64,000 bases of DNA from Balamuthia mandrillaris (Eukaryota), in contig JAVKOQ020000071.1 of the NCBI GenBank assembly GCA_031835245.2, positions 124,001-188,000 on the forward strand, written 5' to 3'. Below, in pieces: positions 46,654 to 59,777 of the stretch. A program made the translations under genes and the position numbers. The notes below the pieces were generated by a model, which did not search any database, was not told the origin of the DNA, and saw only the letters and a program-made list of their open reading frames with translations. Within the stretch, counting starts at the first letter, position 1. Every line of letters starts with the position of its first letter.

Positions 46654-49600
46654 ATGCGAAAAGGAGAGGGGAAGGAGAGAGCAGATGAAGCAAAAACAGG
46701 GAGACAGCAGCAGGGAGCCAAGCATAGATGCTCTCAAGAAAGGATCCGCTCCCAAGAGAAAAAGAAGGAGGGAAGGAGGCAAAGAGGCTCCTTCTCATCT
46801 CCACGGCCATCACTCTCCTTCTCATGCTGTGCCTCGTCGACGCTACCACCGTTATTCCTCTACTTCTTCCTATTTCCTCTTCTCTGCATTCTCTCTTTCT
46901 TCCTTCCTTTGGTTCTGCCTTCTGTTGTGTACCATAACCCTCTCCCTCACCCCTTCCACTCCCTCTTTCTTCGTCCTGCCTTCCACTCTCTCTTCCTTGT
47001 TCTTCCTGGCACCTTTGTCTAGCTCCGCCACCCAACAACATTACCCTGTTATGGCCGCGCCAGTGCTTCTAGCCAACGCACAGCAAGTTGAGCCACCAAC
47101 TGACCTGCCTTCGGGTCCTCAACACCTGAATCAAGTCAACCTCCTGTGGTGGGGTTCGTGTTTTCTTTCTTGGTCCATTGTTGGAGGAAGTGTGATCCAT
47201 CAGTTCTTTCCAGATCTTTGATCTTTACCACTCACTCACTTTCGCTCTTTCTTTTGAGCAGAACCAGATTCAGAAAAAGAGGCACCAGCAACAGCACCTA
47301 GCGCTGCTGACTTTCACCAGGGTTTCTTTGACCACTTTGTACACAGTGAAGAGTTTGGGGAACCCTTACCCCAAAGCGGCGTACGGAAGATCACTCATGT
47401 TGCGGCGAGCCATCGCAGCGCAGATCTTTATGAGTTTGTTCCGGAGAGGTACTTGCTCACTTTTCTTTTGCACGATGATAACTCTCTTGTTTAGTCATCT
47501 GCTTCTCCACTTGCTCACTCAAATTTGTTATACAGTCGACGAGTGGTGAGAAGAGGGGAAGCGGTAGGAGGGACGGATACTGGTACACAATACCCAAATA
47601 CTCATTTTCAAGTGGCGATCATACCCCCTTTCTTGGATTTCAAAGAGCGGTAAGAAGCTATCCAGCAGTGCTTTTAACGTTCAAACTATTTCTCACTCTG
47701 CTTATTTTTTCATTTTTCGTTATGCTCAGACCGGTTTGCATGCCTGCGGTCGAGTCGATCAGTATAATCAATACTTCTGAAAGAGACGGCTTACATCTCT
47801 TTTCTATAGCGTCAGAGAGCGTTCATTTCCATTCTTCTTATTTCAAACAATCGGTTCGTCCCACTACCATCACAATTCATTGATAACTTTGAGTCTGTTT
47901 GCTCAACCACGTTGTGTTTGTGTATTCAACATAGGTCATTCCTCCTTTGGGAAATACAACAGTGAGCATTGTTTTTCTTCCTCGGACAGTTGGAGTTGTA
48001 GAAAACGACATAATCCTTCAAAGCAGCGTGGGCAACGTGGCTTATAGGGTTCTCTCTTCTTACTGTCCACTTTTTCTCTCCACTCAAACGAGTTAGCTTA
48101 CCCGTTGTTATTGCTGATAGGTTTATGGACAAGGAGTTCAAAATCCCTACAAGTTGCAACCCTTCGTTGGAGTTAAGGTTCCTGCAGACGTGACCTACAG
48201 TCCTCCTATTGAGATGTACAACCCCAACGACGAGCCCCTTCAGATCAAGGAGGTTTTTACCAGTGGAGGCTTTCTACACCTTACTCTTCCAAAAGGAGAA
48301 GATCCTCACACTATTTGGGTAACGTTTTATTTTTCAATTTTTTTGTTTTTACTTTTGCGCCATGTTTTCTAAATGAGACGCTCTTGATTTCTGATTTGCA
48401 GACCATTCAGCCTCATACCAAAAAACCTATTGTTAAGCTGGCATTTGTGTCACAGCAACCCGGCAAGTATACAGGCTATGTGAACATAAAAACGGACCAG
48501 GACAACATGATTCTTCACGTGGACGTTCTGGTGGTAAAAGGGGGGTTGCATCGTACACCGGAAGAACTGGACTTCGCAACTTTGACGTCAACATCGGATC
48601 AGCGACAAACCTCTCTAGTGCTGCTCAATTCTGGAGATTCGCCAGTCCAGGTATCAGAAATTTTCCCACTCACTCCAGACCCTCATCTGCAAGTTGACTT
48701 TACTCGCACTGTGATACCTCCTGCATCGGTAAATATCTTTGTTTGCATCTACTGTCTCATTTTCTTTTGTACTCAATCTATTTTTCCCAAACAGGAGAAA
48801 CAAATTGCTACTTTCACATATTCTGGAAGAAACGAAGGCCAATTTACTGGAAAGGTTTATTATTATTTTTTTCATCCTCCCTTCCAAGCTCACATTTCCC
48901 AACCGGTATAGTTGTTGCTGAGGACAAACGACACCAATCCTGCAAATGCACGGATGGAAATTCCATACAAAGCACGAGTGTTGCACGGGTAAGCTTATCA
49001 TTGCTTGTCACAACTGTTCATTAATTTTTCACTCTACTTAATGCTCATCCTTGTTCTTGTTGTCGCAGCTCTTTGGGCTACCATCCCCTAAATACAACAT
49101 TTAGTGTTGGGAAGCCTCCGTTTGAGCCGGTAGTACAAAGCTTAGTCTTTACAAATAAGTTCAGCGTGCCTTTGGTTTTCTATTCTGCAGAAATAGAAGA
49201 TCCAAATTTCGAGGTCGTGAACTTTCGCCCTGGCACTACTGCTCAACCCGGGGCATCATGGGTACTTTATAATTGTTTACTATCGTCAAAACTGTAGCCC
49301 GTTTTTTACCATATTTTTCTTTGATTATTAGCCTCCTGTGACTATCTCATTTTTGGCAAACAGCACGGACATGATGTATTCCACTGAATTAGCGCTTTCA
49401 ACCAACGCCTCAGTAATACGGATTCCGCTTTATTGCTATCATGGCCGCTTAACTTACTCCGTCACTGATGCTTCCGATCCCGAGATCCTATCCAATGACA
49501 AGGTATTTTGCTTGTTTGGTCTCTTTCCTTTTTTTTTTCGGCTATCAACTCACCGCATTTTTCAATGTGTAGATCGATTTCGGAATGCTAGGAGTGAATG

Positions 49601-52600
49601 AGATTCGCAGTAGAAGCTTTAATCTGACGAATCCCAATCCTGTTCGCGTTGCGATCTACTCACTTCACACGGATATAGATGGCTTGCTGATTAAACTGGA
49701 TAGTGTATGGAATAGCAATGGCTATGCTATGCATACGGGGTCGGGTCGAGGAGAGATTTCTAACTCGCGGCCTACCCTGAACAACAATCCAAGGTTCGTA
49801 TGCTCTTCTCACTTCTCACTCTTGGGGATTTCGTCTCATTCTCTACCACAGCAAACAAGAGCAACCATTCCTTGTGCTTGAGCCAGGGAACAGTGCTATT
49901 TTTACAGCTGAACTCTCTAGTTCGAGGTACGTTTTTTAGCTAGTGGTGATATTGAACAGACAAATACGTGTTGGTTTTGTTAATATGTTTGTGTTTTAGG
50001 GAGGAACAAAAAACAGGCTCTATCCTTGTAAAGACCCCCTACGAAAACCTTTCCATCCCAGTAAACTTCCACAGCGTTCAAGGAAGTCTAACTATTACCC
50101 CTCCGCTCATTCGCTACGATCAACCCGCTTTTCCCGGTCGCGTGCTGAACAAGACGATAAGCGCCAAAAGCACTTATGGGTAAGAGAAATTTTCTTTCTT
50201 TGGGTTACCTTCTCCCTACAATTATATGTATTTTTAACGACTCTCTTGTATTTTTTATTTATTTATTTATTTTTTTTTCGGAAACAAATTTTCCAGTCGA
50301 GCGATCCAAATTTTATCCGTCACAACGTCCGATCCGCGGTTGGTGCCTATACTAACGCATAACACACTGGAGCCAAACACCAAGGTGGAGATAGGCTACA
50401 TTCTGTTTGATCCCTCGAAGGTGCCAGCAGAAGACAACTACCTGTCCGAACTTGATACATCTGCACAAACGGAGCTTTCGAAATTTAGGGAACCTTTAAA
50501 TCGTCAGGATTTGCAGGCCCTTCAGCGGAGAGAGCAGATATGGAAGCGGCTAACAGAAAATGAGGAAGCGAGCAACGGTATCGTGGAGGTTAGGGGCAGT
50601 CTTACTGTAAATACCGATGTTATTATGGGCTATACCCTGGCTATCCGCGCTCAACTCGTTAAGCCATCTGTAGTAACCACTCCAACTATTGATTTTTCCT
50701 TGACTCAGGTACGTTTTGGCTACCTCTGTCTTCTTGTTTCCGCATTCTGTACAGGTTCTCATTTCTTATTTCGAAATAGGTGGGATTTGCTGCGCAGCAT
50801 AACATTGGGCTCGTTAACCCTTCCGATCATCCTTTACATGTTCAGCTACTCCCCCTTCCAGAGCAAAATCCTGGGACGAGTTTAGAAGAAGGTGAAGAGG
50901 ACGAGACACTAATGCCAGTGTCTCCCACTGCGTCTTCCTTCTATCTTCCTCCCGCTGCATTAGAGGAGCGGATCGTGCCACCTCATACAGTAATCGACCT
51001 TGGTCCCATCTTTTTCAATCCACTCAACTTGGAGAAGATGAACGTGACCCTCTATGTTAAAAACAATCTCACCATTGTGGATAACATTCTGCTAATTGGA
51101 GAGGGTGGGAGCGGGCGCCTTCAGTTCTTTGAAGAACGTAAAGGAGAACTTGACGAGCTGCTGTTCGCTCTCGATCGGTCCCTTCTTAGTCACTGCACTT
51201 CTAATGGTAACCTCCTTTTCACTTTTTTTTTCAAATCACCTCGACTGACATTTTCGTTTTGCTTCGGTTTCCAGACCCCTCCGTTTTTGAGAGAAAGGAA
51301 GTTAAGGTAACAAAGAAATTCGTAGCAACAAACGTTGGCAATCTTCCACTTGATATCGAGTCCATTGGGATACAAGGCTATAAATGGTTGGTTGTGTATT
51401 ATCACTATATTCGATATCATTGAGCGCCAATTCTAATACTTCATTTATTCTCTGCTAGTCGTGGTTATGGCTTTGAAGTGCAAGAGTGTGGCAGTCGTTC
51501 TCTGAAGCCAGGCGAGCAACTGGAGTTAACGATCACTTTCCGACCCGACTTTTCTTCTTCGCTGGTGCGGAGGGAGCTTACCGTGGAAACAGTACAAGGA
51601 GACTACACCTTTTCTTTGGTGGCCACGTTGCCTTATGACCTTTTGCCACTTTGTGTGGATTCTCAACCTCACACGCAGCTGGAAGAAACCATCAAGAACA
51701 CTGTCAAGGGCTTTATGGTGATCATGTTCGTCATCATGTCCGTCATCATCATCAAGGAGTACTTTCCTCCCGAAGCCAACAAGCAGTTTTCCATATCTGC
51801 CAAGTTTGCTTACGACAACGGGGAATCCTCTCTGCCTACCTCCAATACCTTCTCTTCCTCACCTTCCATCCTTGCCTCCTCCTTTTCCCACCAACTCTCT
51901 TGCAAACCCCACAACCATTCTCACTATCCTACTCCAAATGCTCACCAATCTACCACTTCTGCTTCTACCTCCCCAGTGACACCCGAATCCTGTGCCACAA
52001 CCGGACCAGGAAAACCGCCCCACAACACGGCGCCCAGTAAAAACAAATCCCAACCAGCCAACAAGAATAACAACTCTTCTGTTACGCTGCGAGAAGATGT
52101 CGAACGCGTGCTAGGATTGGCATCCATCACAGAACTTCCACCGAGCGCAACAAGCCCTTCCAACCCACCCTCTGCCCTTCCTTCTAATACCAGCACCTCC
52201 ACCAAGCCACAACAGCGCAAAAGCAAGCAAGATAACGAGTCCTCAAGCAGGGGTAGTGCTAAGAGCGCTTCTGCTGCTCACTCGGTACCAACCAACGCTG
52301 CTAAAGACGCACCCAACAATACTAAACAACAACCAAGTGCACGAAAAAAGGGAGGTGCAAGCCCTCCTGCTGAAGATAATAAGGCGAGTCCTGATAACGG
52401 TACTGCTCAGCAAGTCACCTTCGACTCTTCGGCAAAATCTCCTTACAGCAGCAATGTACCAGCACCGAAGGCTCAACAGCAACAAACGGAGAAAGCTTTA
52501 GCTGCTGCGCGCCGGACCAGGAGCAAGAGCGATAATCATAAAGGCCCTGTTACGAATCCGCCTGATTCAAAAGCTGCCTCTACTTTCCGCTCACAGAAGG

Positions 52601-55050
52601 ACGTTGCTCTCGATTCTTCTGCTGCTGCTACTGCTACTGCCACAACCGTCAACGGTCACGTTGTCGCTCAAAAAGTAGCCGGAAAGAAGCACAAAAAGCA
52701 GCCACAGCAGCCACAGCAGCTACAACAGCCACAGCCACAACAACACCTTGCCAGTGCTCGCCCAGCTTCCTCAGGATTTGCTCCCGTCCCAATCCTTCAT
52801 CCACCCAAGTCACAAGTAGATGCGGATAGAGAGAAAGAGAGGGAAAGAGCGAAACGAGAAATGGAACGCAGAAAGGAAGAGCAAGTGCAGCAGCTTCATC
52901 AACAGCAGCTTCTTCGCAAGTTGGAGCTTGAAGCCAAGGCTAGGTCTGCCGCCAGCAGTGGCAACAAAGGAAACGCAGCACAAGCAACCCCTCCTTTTGC
53001 TGCCCTTCCTAAGAGCAGCGGCAAACCATCTAAGACAAAGCTACCTTCCAAGCCCTCTGTTGTTCTTCCGCCCTCTCAAGTGCCCCCTGCCAGTGTACGT
53101 GGCGTGAATCTTTCTTCTCAGCACATCATGAAGACACCGACCGCATCATCGGGTCGATCTCACACCCCACCCAATGACACTACCAATTCGTTTGGTAGTA
53201 GCAAGCTTGGAGGACTGCCGGGCCATAAAACTTCTGCCTCGTTTGATCACAAGCCGTCGTCTAGAGGAAAAGATGAAGACAACAGGATCAAAGAGCAGAA
53301 AGAAAAAGGAAGAGAGCTCTTGCGACTAATACAAGGAGGAGCAGGAAACGACGTCAGTCATCACGCTTCCGCCAAGGATGGCCCTGCTCCCTCTTCGTGG
53401 GCCTCTGGTTGCTGGCCAAAGGACGCTCCTACAAAGAGTGCAGAGTCCGGGAGTGGAGTTTGCAAGGATCGAAGAATGCCACAAGGTCTTATGCCTGCAA
53501 CTCCTCTTTCCCATCTCAGTTCGGATGGTTTGCTTCCGACACCATCGCTGCCGTTGATGGGAGGAAATAGGCCAACCGCCACTCTGCCTTCTCCCTCCTC
53601 TCCTGCTGGATTGGGTGTAATGGACACTCTGGGTGATGAGCCACACCAATCCGCACGAAAGCCTAATCATCCTGGAGTCATAGGAAGCAGAAACAGGTCC
53701 AACTCTGGACTTGCTTCTTTCTCCTCCTCTGCTAGCTTCAATAGTAACAACTCTGCTATGTCAGCACCGATCGGCATCATGAAGGAACCAACCACTGCAA
53801 TGAAGTACGGGCGAAGCGCGGCAATCGACAAGTTCAAAAAGGCAGGTGATCGCGAGATAGCCTCCTCTCCGCCGGCAACTCCTATTTGGGATATGTTTGA
53901 TTCTTCCACTCCCAGTCACCATTCCAACAGAGTAGAGCGCAGTGGTTCTTACCATGATCACCATCATTATCACCGTCACGACATCAGCAGAGGAGTATCT
54001 TTGGCAGCTCCAGGAGCAGGAACTGAAACAGGAGGTGGTGCTGGTGGCCTATTTGCTCAGCCACCCACTCGCTCTTACTCTGTTCCACCCGCAACTGACT
54101 CTGTGGAGACACTCCATGATCATGTTTCCAGTTCTTCGCAGTACTCCCATCACAATGCGTTGGCGCTGGGTTGGGGCACCGCTGATTCGCTCTTCTCCCG
54201 CAGCCAGTTTCCTCAGTCAAGCCCTTCCTCCACCTCACCCTCTCCTCCCTCTTCTCCACTGTCCTCTCTCTCGTCGTCAGCCTCCTCCCTGCCACCACTC
54301 GGCTATCAGTCCGGGTCCTGTTCTTCATCGACGTCCGCTTCTATGGGCAGCCTGCCAACCTTCTTCAACAGCGGGGCTGGTGCAGTGGGTTCTCCTCCCA
54401 CCTACTCAGCAGCTTCCTCCTCTGCCTCCCCTGCCACCTCGCCTTCCTCCTACCGTCGCCGCATGACCGACGGAGATGCTTCCTACTTGCCTTCATCCTC
54501 CACCAACATCTCCTCCACTTTGGCGTGCACCGCTGTTACTCGTCCATCCACCTTTTCTCCACCACATCCCCCACCAATCTCCCCTCCGCAGACCAACGCC
54601 CAGCTGCAATCTCCAATGACACAGGAGGGAACTGCGGCATCAGCAGCTGCCCTCCAAATGCCAATGTTGCTGGGCAGTGCCTCTTACGATCTTTTTCAAG
54701 GCTACCACCATCCATTCCCAATGGGCGGAGGCCTTACGCCCTTCTATACGGCTCTTCCCTCCTCTGCCACCAGCGCCTCTGTTTCCACTACCTCTGTCGT
54801 TGCCTCAACAGCCAACAACAATGCTCCGGGCGGCAGTAAGCCTCATTCCCATCAACACCCAGACCCTCATCACCACCACGATGTAGATGAGTTGGTCGAT
54901 TTTGAGCAGCACAGCGACCTTGTCAAGGAGTCGGCTCCCTTCTTCCCGTCGTTCTTCTCGGCGTTCCAACCGCCGCTGCCCGCCCCCTATGCTGACGAAG
55001 AGAATGAAGCTGCTGCTGTGCCTATTTCTTATGAGTTCAAATTCGAGTAG
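46654..55050 (+). CDS. TMEM131: TMEM131-like protein (Ig/PapD-like luminal repeats, one TM helix, long disordered tail); start uncertain
   Basis: PPFLDFKERPVCMP; VHFHSSYF; VFLPRTVG; GQGVQNPYKLQPF; MYNPNDEPLQIKEV; LYVKNNLTI...GEGGSG; ITFRPDFSSSLV..EL; TM segment FMVIMFVIMSVIII; about 1100-aa S/P/Q-rich tail. Confidence 0.82.
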
Positions 55051-55763
55051 TTTTACGGCGGCGCCAAGAGCAGGCCGATCAACGGGACAACCACAGCCCA
55101 TCTAACGGAAAGCTGAAGAGAAGGAAGACGAGGATGAGGGCGAAACCTCCCCTTCCCATAAACATGTTCCTCCTCTCTTAAAAACCACATTTCCCACCCC
55201 ACCGCTACCACCTGATATGGTTATTGTTGGCCCTGTTCCCAATAATAATCCTACTCTCGCTCTCTTCTTTGTCACCAAAAATACTCTCCTATGATCTGAG
55301 TGGTACTAATCCACGCCCAGAGTTGCGACCCGATGTCTTGTGTTTGCATTAGTCTCAGCTGCACAGATTGCTGGGGTAGTAGCACTCATAATATCAGATG
55401 CAAATCCTCAACTGAAGCACCGAGTGCATGCAGCAGCCGAAAGTGGTGCATCTAAAGCAATGAAATCAATCTTATGGCCAGAGCAACCAACAGTTGGTGA
55501 TTCAGAGGAGAACAAGGGTGATAACAAGTCAAGATTAGAGCATTACTGCCACCTGTAAGCTCATTCATGTGAATGATGCTAGTAGTCATACCATGGAACC
55601 ACTTTGCAATGATACATTGCTGCCTCCTCTTCTTCTTTCCTACAACCACCCACCCACCCACCCACCAACCAACTATTTTCCTATCCCATTTTTTTTTCCC
55701 CATTTTAAATCCGCCACAACTACCACCACAACCACCACCACGACAACAACGACAGAGAGCGGA

Positions 55764-56513
55764 ATGAAAACCAACCAACGAGCACAACCACAAGCAACTG
55801 GTGGAGAGGGAGGAGGCAGAGCATCTTCAACGGCGACGCAGCACCAGCAGCCTGCTCTTGCTGCCAGCGGCAGCCGCGCAAAAGGTGTGAAGGTGGACCC
55901 CTCCAGAAAAGTGAAAGAAGAAGAGAGCAGGCGATTGGAAGCTTTGCTTGGGGACTGTGGCAAGGCCATCGACTCCATGCTTGCTCACTCCAAGCAAGAG
56001 GAGGTAACACCTGCGCTCCTCTTTCTTTCGAACTGTTATTGATGGCCTCGCTTGGTAGGTCATCACAAAGGCTGCCAAGTCGTTTGCTCAGTGCGAAAAA
56101 AGTTGCACAAAAACAGAGAGGGTGAGCTGCACCACCGCTTTTCTTTTTTGCTGCTGTGGAGAAAAAGCTCATCTGACACCCTCACTTAGATGCTTCACCA
56201 AATGCAAGCTGACTTGAACCAACTGCGCGCTCAGTACGCTTCTCCCTGCTTCTCTCTGCTCTCCGCATACCTTTCTCTATGTGCCCACTCCGCTTACGTA
56301 ACTGACGGATTTGCGTTTTAACTTTTGGCTGCTGAGCAGTCGGAAACGAGACCTAGCATCAAGGTAGTACATGCTTGTGCCTCTCTCTCTCACCTCTAAA
56401 TGGCGTTTTAATAGCACGGCAAAGGTGCCCAAGCTAGTGGAAAAGTACAAGGAATTGCCTAGCGTCTCAGGAGAGGTTTGGGAGCCCAGCCGTGGGTTCC
56501 AATATTTAAAGTA
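55764..56513 (+). CDS. Small multi-exon hypothetical protein, helical/coiled-coil
   Basis: ATG at 55764 followed by short blocks with GT..AG boundaries (EEESRRLEALLGDCGKAIDSMLAHSKQEE|VITKAAKSFAQCEKSCTKTER|MLHQMQADLNQLRAQ). Family not recognised; last exon frame uncertain. Confidence 0.45.
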
Positions 56514-56674
56514 GGACCCCAATGCCTACTCGACTCTGTACAGTCAGGTTGCAAGCTCCCACAGATGCTATGCGTTTCACTCTTTATTTATAACGTTGTT
56601 GTGGAATCACAACTGGCGATGTGCACCACAACCAAGTTGCTCTCAATGTCTCGAGTTGAGGGTTGGGCAGTGGC

Positions 56675-59534
56675 TTAACTCTTCTGCAAAAGAGGTGCAG
56701 GATGCTTGATAGTGACCTTTGCCACGATGCAGATGGAGCCCGTGATGCTTTGTCTGTAACGCTCACGAGGGAGAGGACCCACCATTTCTTCGCCGGGGTA
56801 GAGAGGCAGCACAACTTTGAGGTATCCCTGCTTGAACCGTTGACCCATCTTTCGCAATCGCTTTTGCTGTGCGCATTGCCAGTTGGCTGTTCTCTCGCTG
56901 CTTTTGAGTTGTTTGCGCCTTCGTTGGGTTTCTGGGCTGCTTTCGCTACCACCGCCGTCACTTTGTACCTGCTGCATACCATTACCAGTGGAATGACGAG
57001 GTTCCTGGAAGCGAGGAGAGGCCTCGAAGCTGGTGAGGCTGTGAGAGCGCTGTAGGAATGGTGGAGAGGAAGGATAAGCCGTCTGTGATTTTTGCGCCCC
57101 TTCCACATTATGAGGGAAGAACAGAGCTGGTTGAGAATGAGGATGTTCTTCCTTATCTTCCGTTCCAATTGCCACTGTACTCCTTGTCCTCGGCCGTGCT
57201 TGTTGTTGTCGTTGTAGTAATGGTGACAGTGGCGGCGATGGTGACGACGTGGGAGAGGATGCTGTAACAGAAGAAGGATCAAAGCTCAGAGATCTTTTTC
57301 TACGAACAACACCCTTTGGGGTGCCACTGAGTTCAGAATGTTCGTTTGTTTCGTCCTCTGATGAGGATTGCGTCGACAATAGTATTGACGATGATAGAGA
57401 TGATGATGAAGAAGACGACGATGGCACGACCGGGAGGGTCTTTGTCGTTGTAGAGTAGGTTGATGGATTGGTGTTTGAACGGGATGTTACTGATTTGTTA
57501 TGCTCTTTGTCCACAGCTTCCGTTTCATGATCCTGGTTATCGTGGCCCTGGGAAAGCGGATTCTCTGTCTGCTGCTGCTCCAATTGGTCGAGGTAATGCT
57601 TTTTGAACATGGAATGAAGGATATAAAGGCAAGCCGGATTTAGCTCCACCCTACCAAGAAAGTCATCGTGGCTGAAGGTATCGTGGTCGTAGAGGCTGAT
57701 CTTGAGGTTGGTGAACAGCTCAGCTTCAAAAGTGTGATGCAAAATGTGGTCTGGCTGTTGGAACAACTTGGTAATGAGGTCTCTTCCGTGCTTCCATTTG
57801 TGTCGTCGCTGGTTATATTTCTGAGCGGCCAGCCGCGAATAACGCCAAACTGGATGTTGGGAGTTCTTCTGGATGCATGACTTCCACAGAACCTTTTGGT
57901 GCTTTTTGGGAGTCTCGTCCCAATCCCATTGCTGTATCTTGATGTAGGGATCGCTCTTAGTACCCAAGTCCTTGGATGCAATGTTGAAGGCCTGCACTTT
58001 GTACAAATGGATCACACACTTTATACCTTTTAACTGTTGTTTTCTTCGCATCTCTTGCTCTTTTCTCCGCAGTTCATCCTCTTGCTCAAAGTGTAGACGC
58101 AGCCGCTCCAGTTCCACCTGCTCAGGGCGGTAGCCCTGATATTCTTGCTGCCTCACCCACTTGCACTCCATATCCTCTCCCTGCTTTCCTCCCTTTCTGC
58201 CGGAACGGCTCTCCAGCGCCGTTTCACGAAGTTCAAGTGTTCTTCTTCTCTCTCTCATCTGAGAAAGCCGATACTGTTGCTCCTCTTCCGTTGTGCTGGA
58301 GTGGTCCCTTCCGTTTTGTGGCTCCTTCATCCTTCGTTTCATTGACTGTAGCATGAGCTCCGCTGTGCTTAACTCATTGTTGACAGTGGCCATTTGTATT
58401 TTGTTCACTGCATGCCTGCTCTCCCTCTTCTTACTGCGCTGAGGCCCCCTTACTTCGTCCTTGCCCGCATCCCCTGTTTCTTGATCCTCCTTGTTGTCCT
58501 TGTTCAGTTTCTTCTTCTTATCACCGTCTTCATAATAAAAGTGGTTGTTCTCCTCCTCCCCTTCTTCATCCACAGCGGGCTGCAGCGAGGCAGTGACCAT
58601 GTCCAACAACTGTTGTTCAAGTTGGAGATAGGAGTCCGTCACGTCCTTCCACACCGTGTGATAGTCAAGACGAGGCATGTGGTCCGAAAAGTGAAAGGCC
58701 AACCCCAGCACTAACCGTTCGTTGGCAATGCGAGCCACTTCTTGGCGGGATTGTGTACTCCAGGGTACTGAGCGAAGGGCCTTGCTCACTGTCTCGAACG
58801 TGGCGGTGTCTGGCAGCTCTCCCCACGCTGCAAACCTATGGTAGGCCTCTCCTTTTTGTTACAACAACCCTCTGTTAGCTAGCTTTCAAAAAAAGAAGAG
58901 GGAGCCACAAGCACAGAACCAGAAGCAGCTTCGTACCCAATACTTCGAGCCCGCCTTGGTTCACGAACTGCAGCTTGATGGGAAGATAGTCGGACCAATC
59001 GCTCCGTCCCACAAAAGCTAAAATGAAGAGACTCGCTGTCTGTGTCAACTTTTTGGAGTAAGGCCATGCCTTCATGCTGTTTCAAAGGAGGAGGAGGAGG
59101 AGAAGAAGAAGCCATGTCAACAACAACAACAACACGGTTCGGAAAGCCGAGAGCAGAAAAGGGGATAGCAGCAAATGAGAGAGCAGCAAAAAGAGGGGAG
59201 GGAGAGCCAGCGGGCGAAACCTTTGAAGGATTGGAAAGGAGACGTTGAAGCGTAGGAAGGTAGAGCCCACAAGGGAACTGGAGGCCTGGTTCCAGCCAAT
59301 GGTGGAGGTGACCCAGCGAGAGAGCTTTTGGATGGCCTGCACCAGCTGATGTATGTGCTGCCTTTGGTGGCGGTCCCTCTCCTCTGGGTCCCATTGCTGG
59401 TGTTGGCTGAGCAGGCCGTGCAGCTCTTTGACCAGCTGCTCCGTGCCCACGCATATGCCCTGCAAAAGCTTGCGGCGGTGTGTCCGTGGTGAGGCGTTGT
59501 GCTCCACGTGGCCCTTGTTCTTGGGGTGAAACAT
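56675..59534 (-). CDS. C2-domain-containing protein; start uncertain
   Basis: 704-codon ORF with a C2 signature (VQAFNIASKDLGTKSDPYIKI...HPVW...LKISLYDHDTFSHDDFLGRVEL) plus two upstream exons. Confidence 0.7.
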
Positions 59535-59777
59535 GCTGTCTTTGCTACTCGTTTGGTGGTGGAGTTGGTGGTGCTGGCGGCTGCTTCAGCGAGTGGCCCA
59601 CCACCATTTCCCCCTCCCCCCCCCCCCCCCCCCCACTTTCACGCGAATTTTCTTTACCTGCCGCTGCTGCTACTCACCACCACCATGCACAATCAAGTTT
59701 TTCCAAATTTCTGGGTAATATGTTACAATAATATTGTATAATATTTTAAAAAAGCTGCCCCACTTGGTGGTGCTTGG

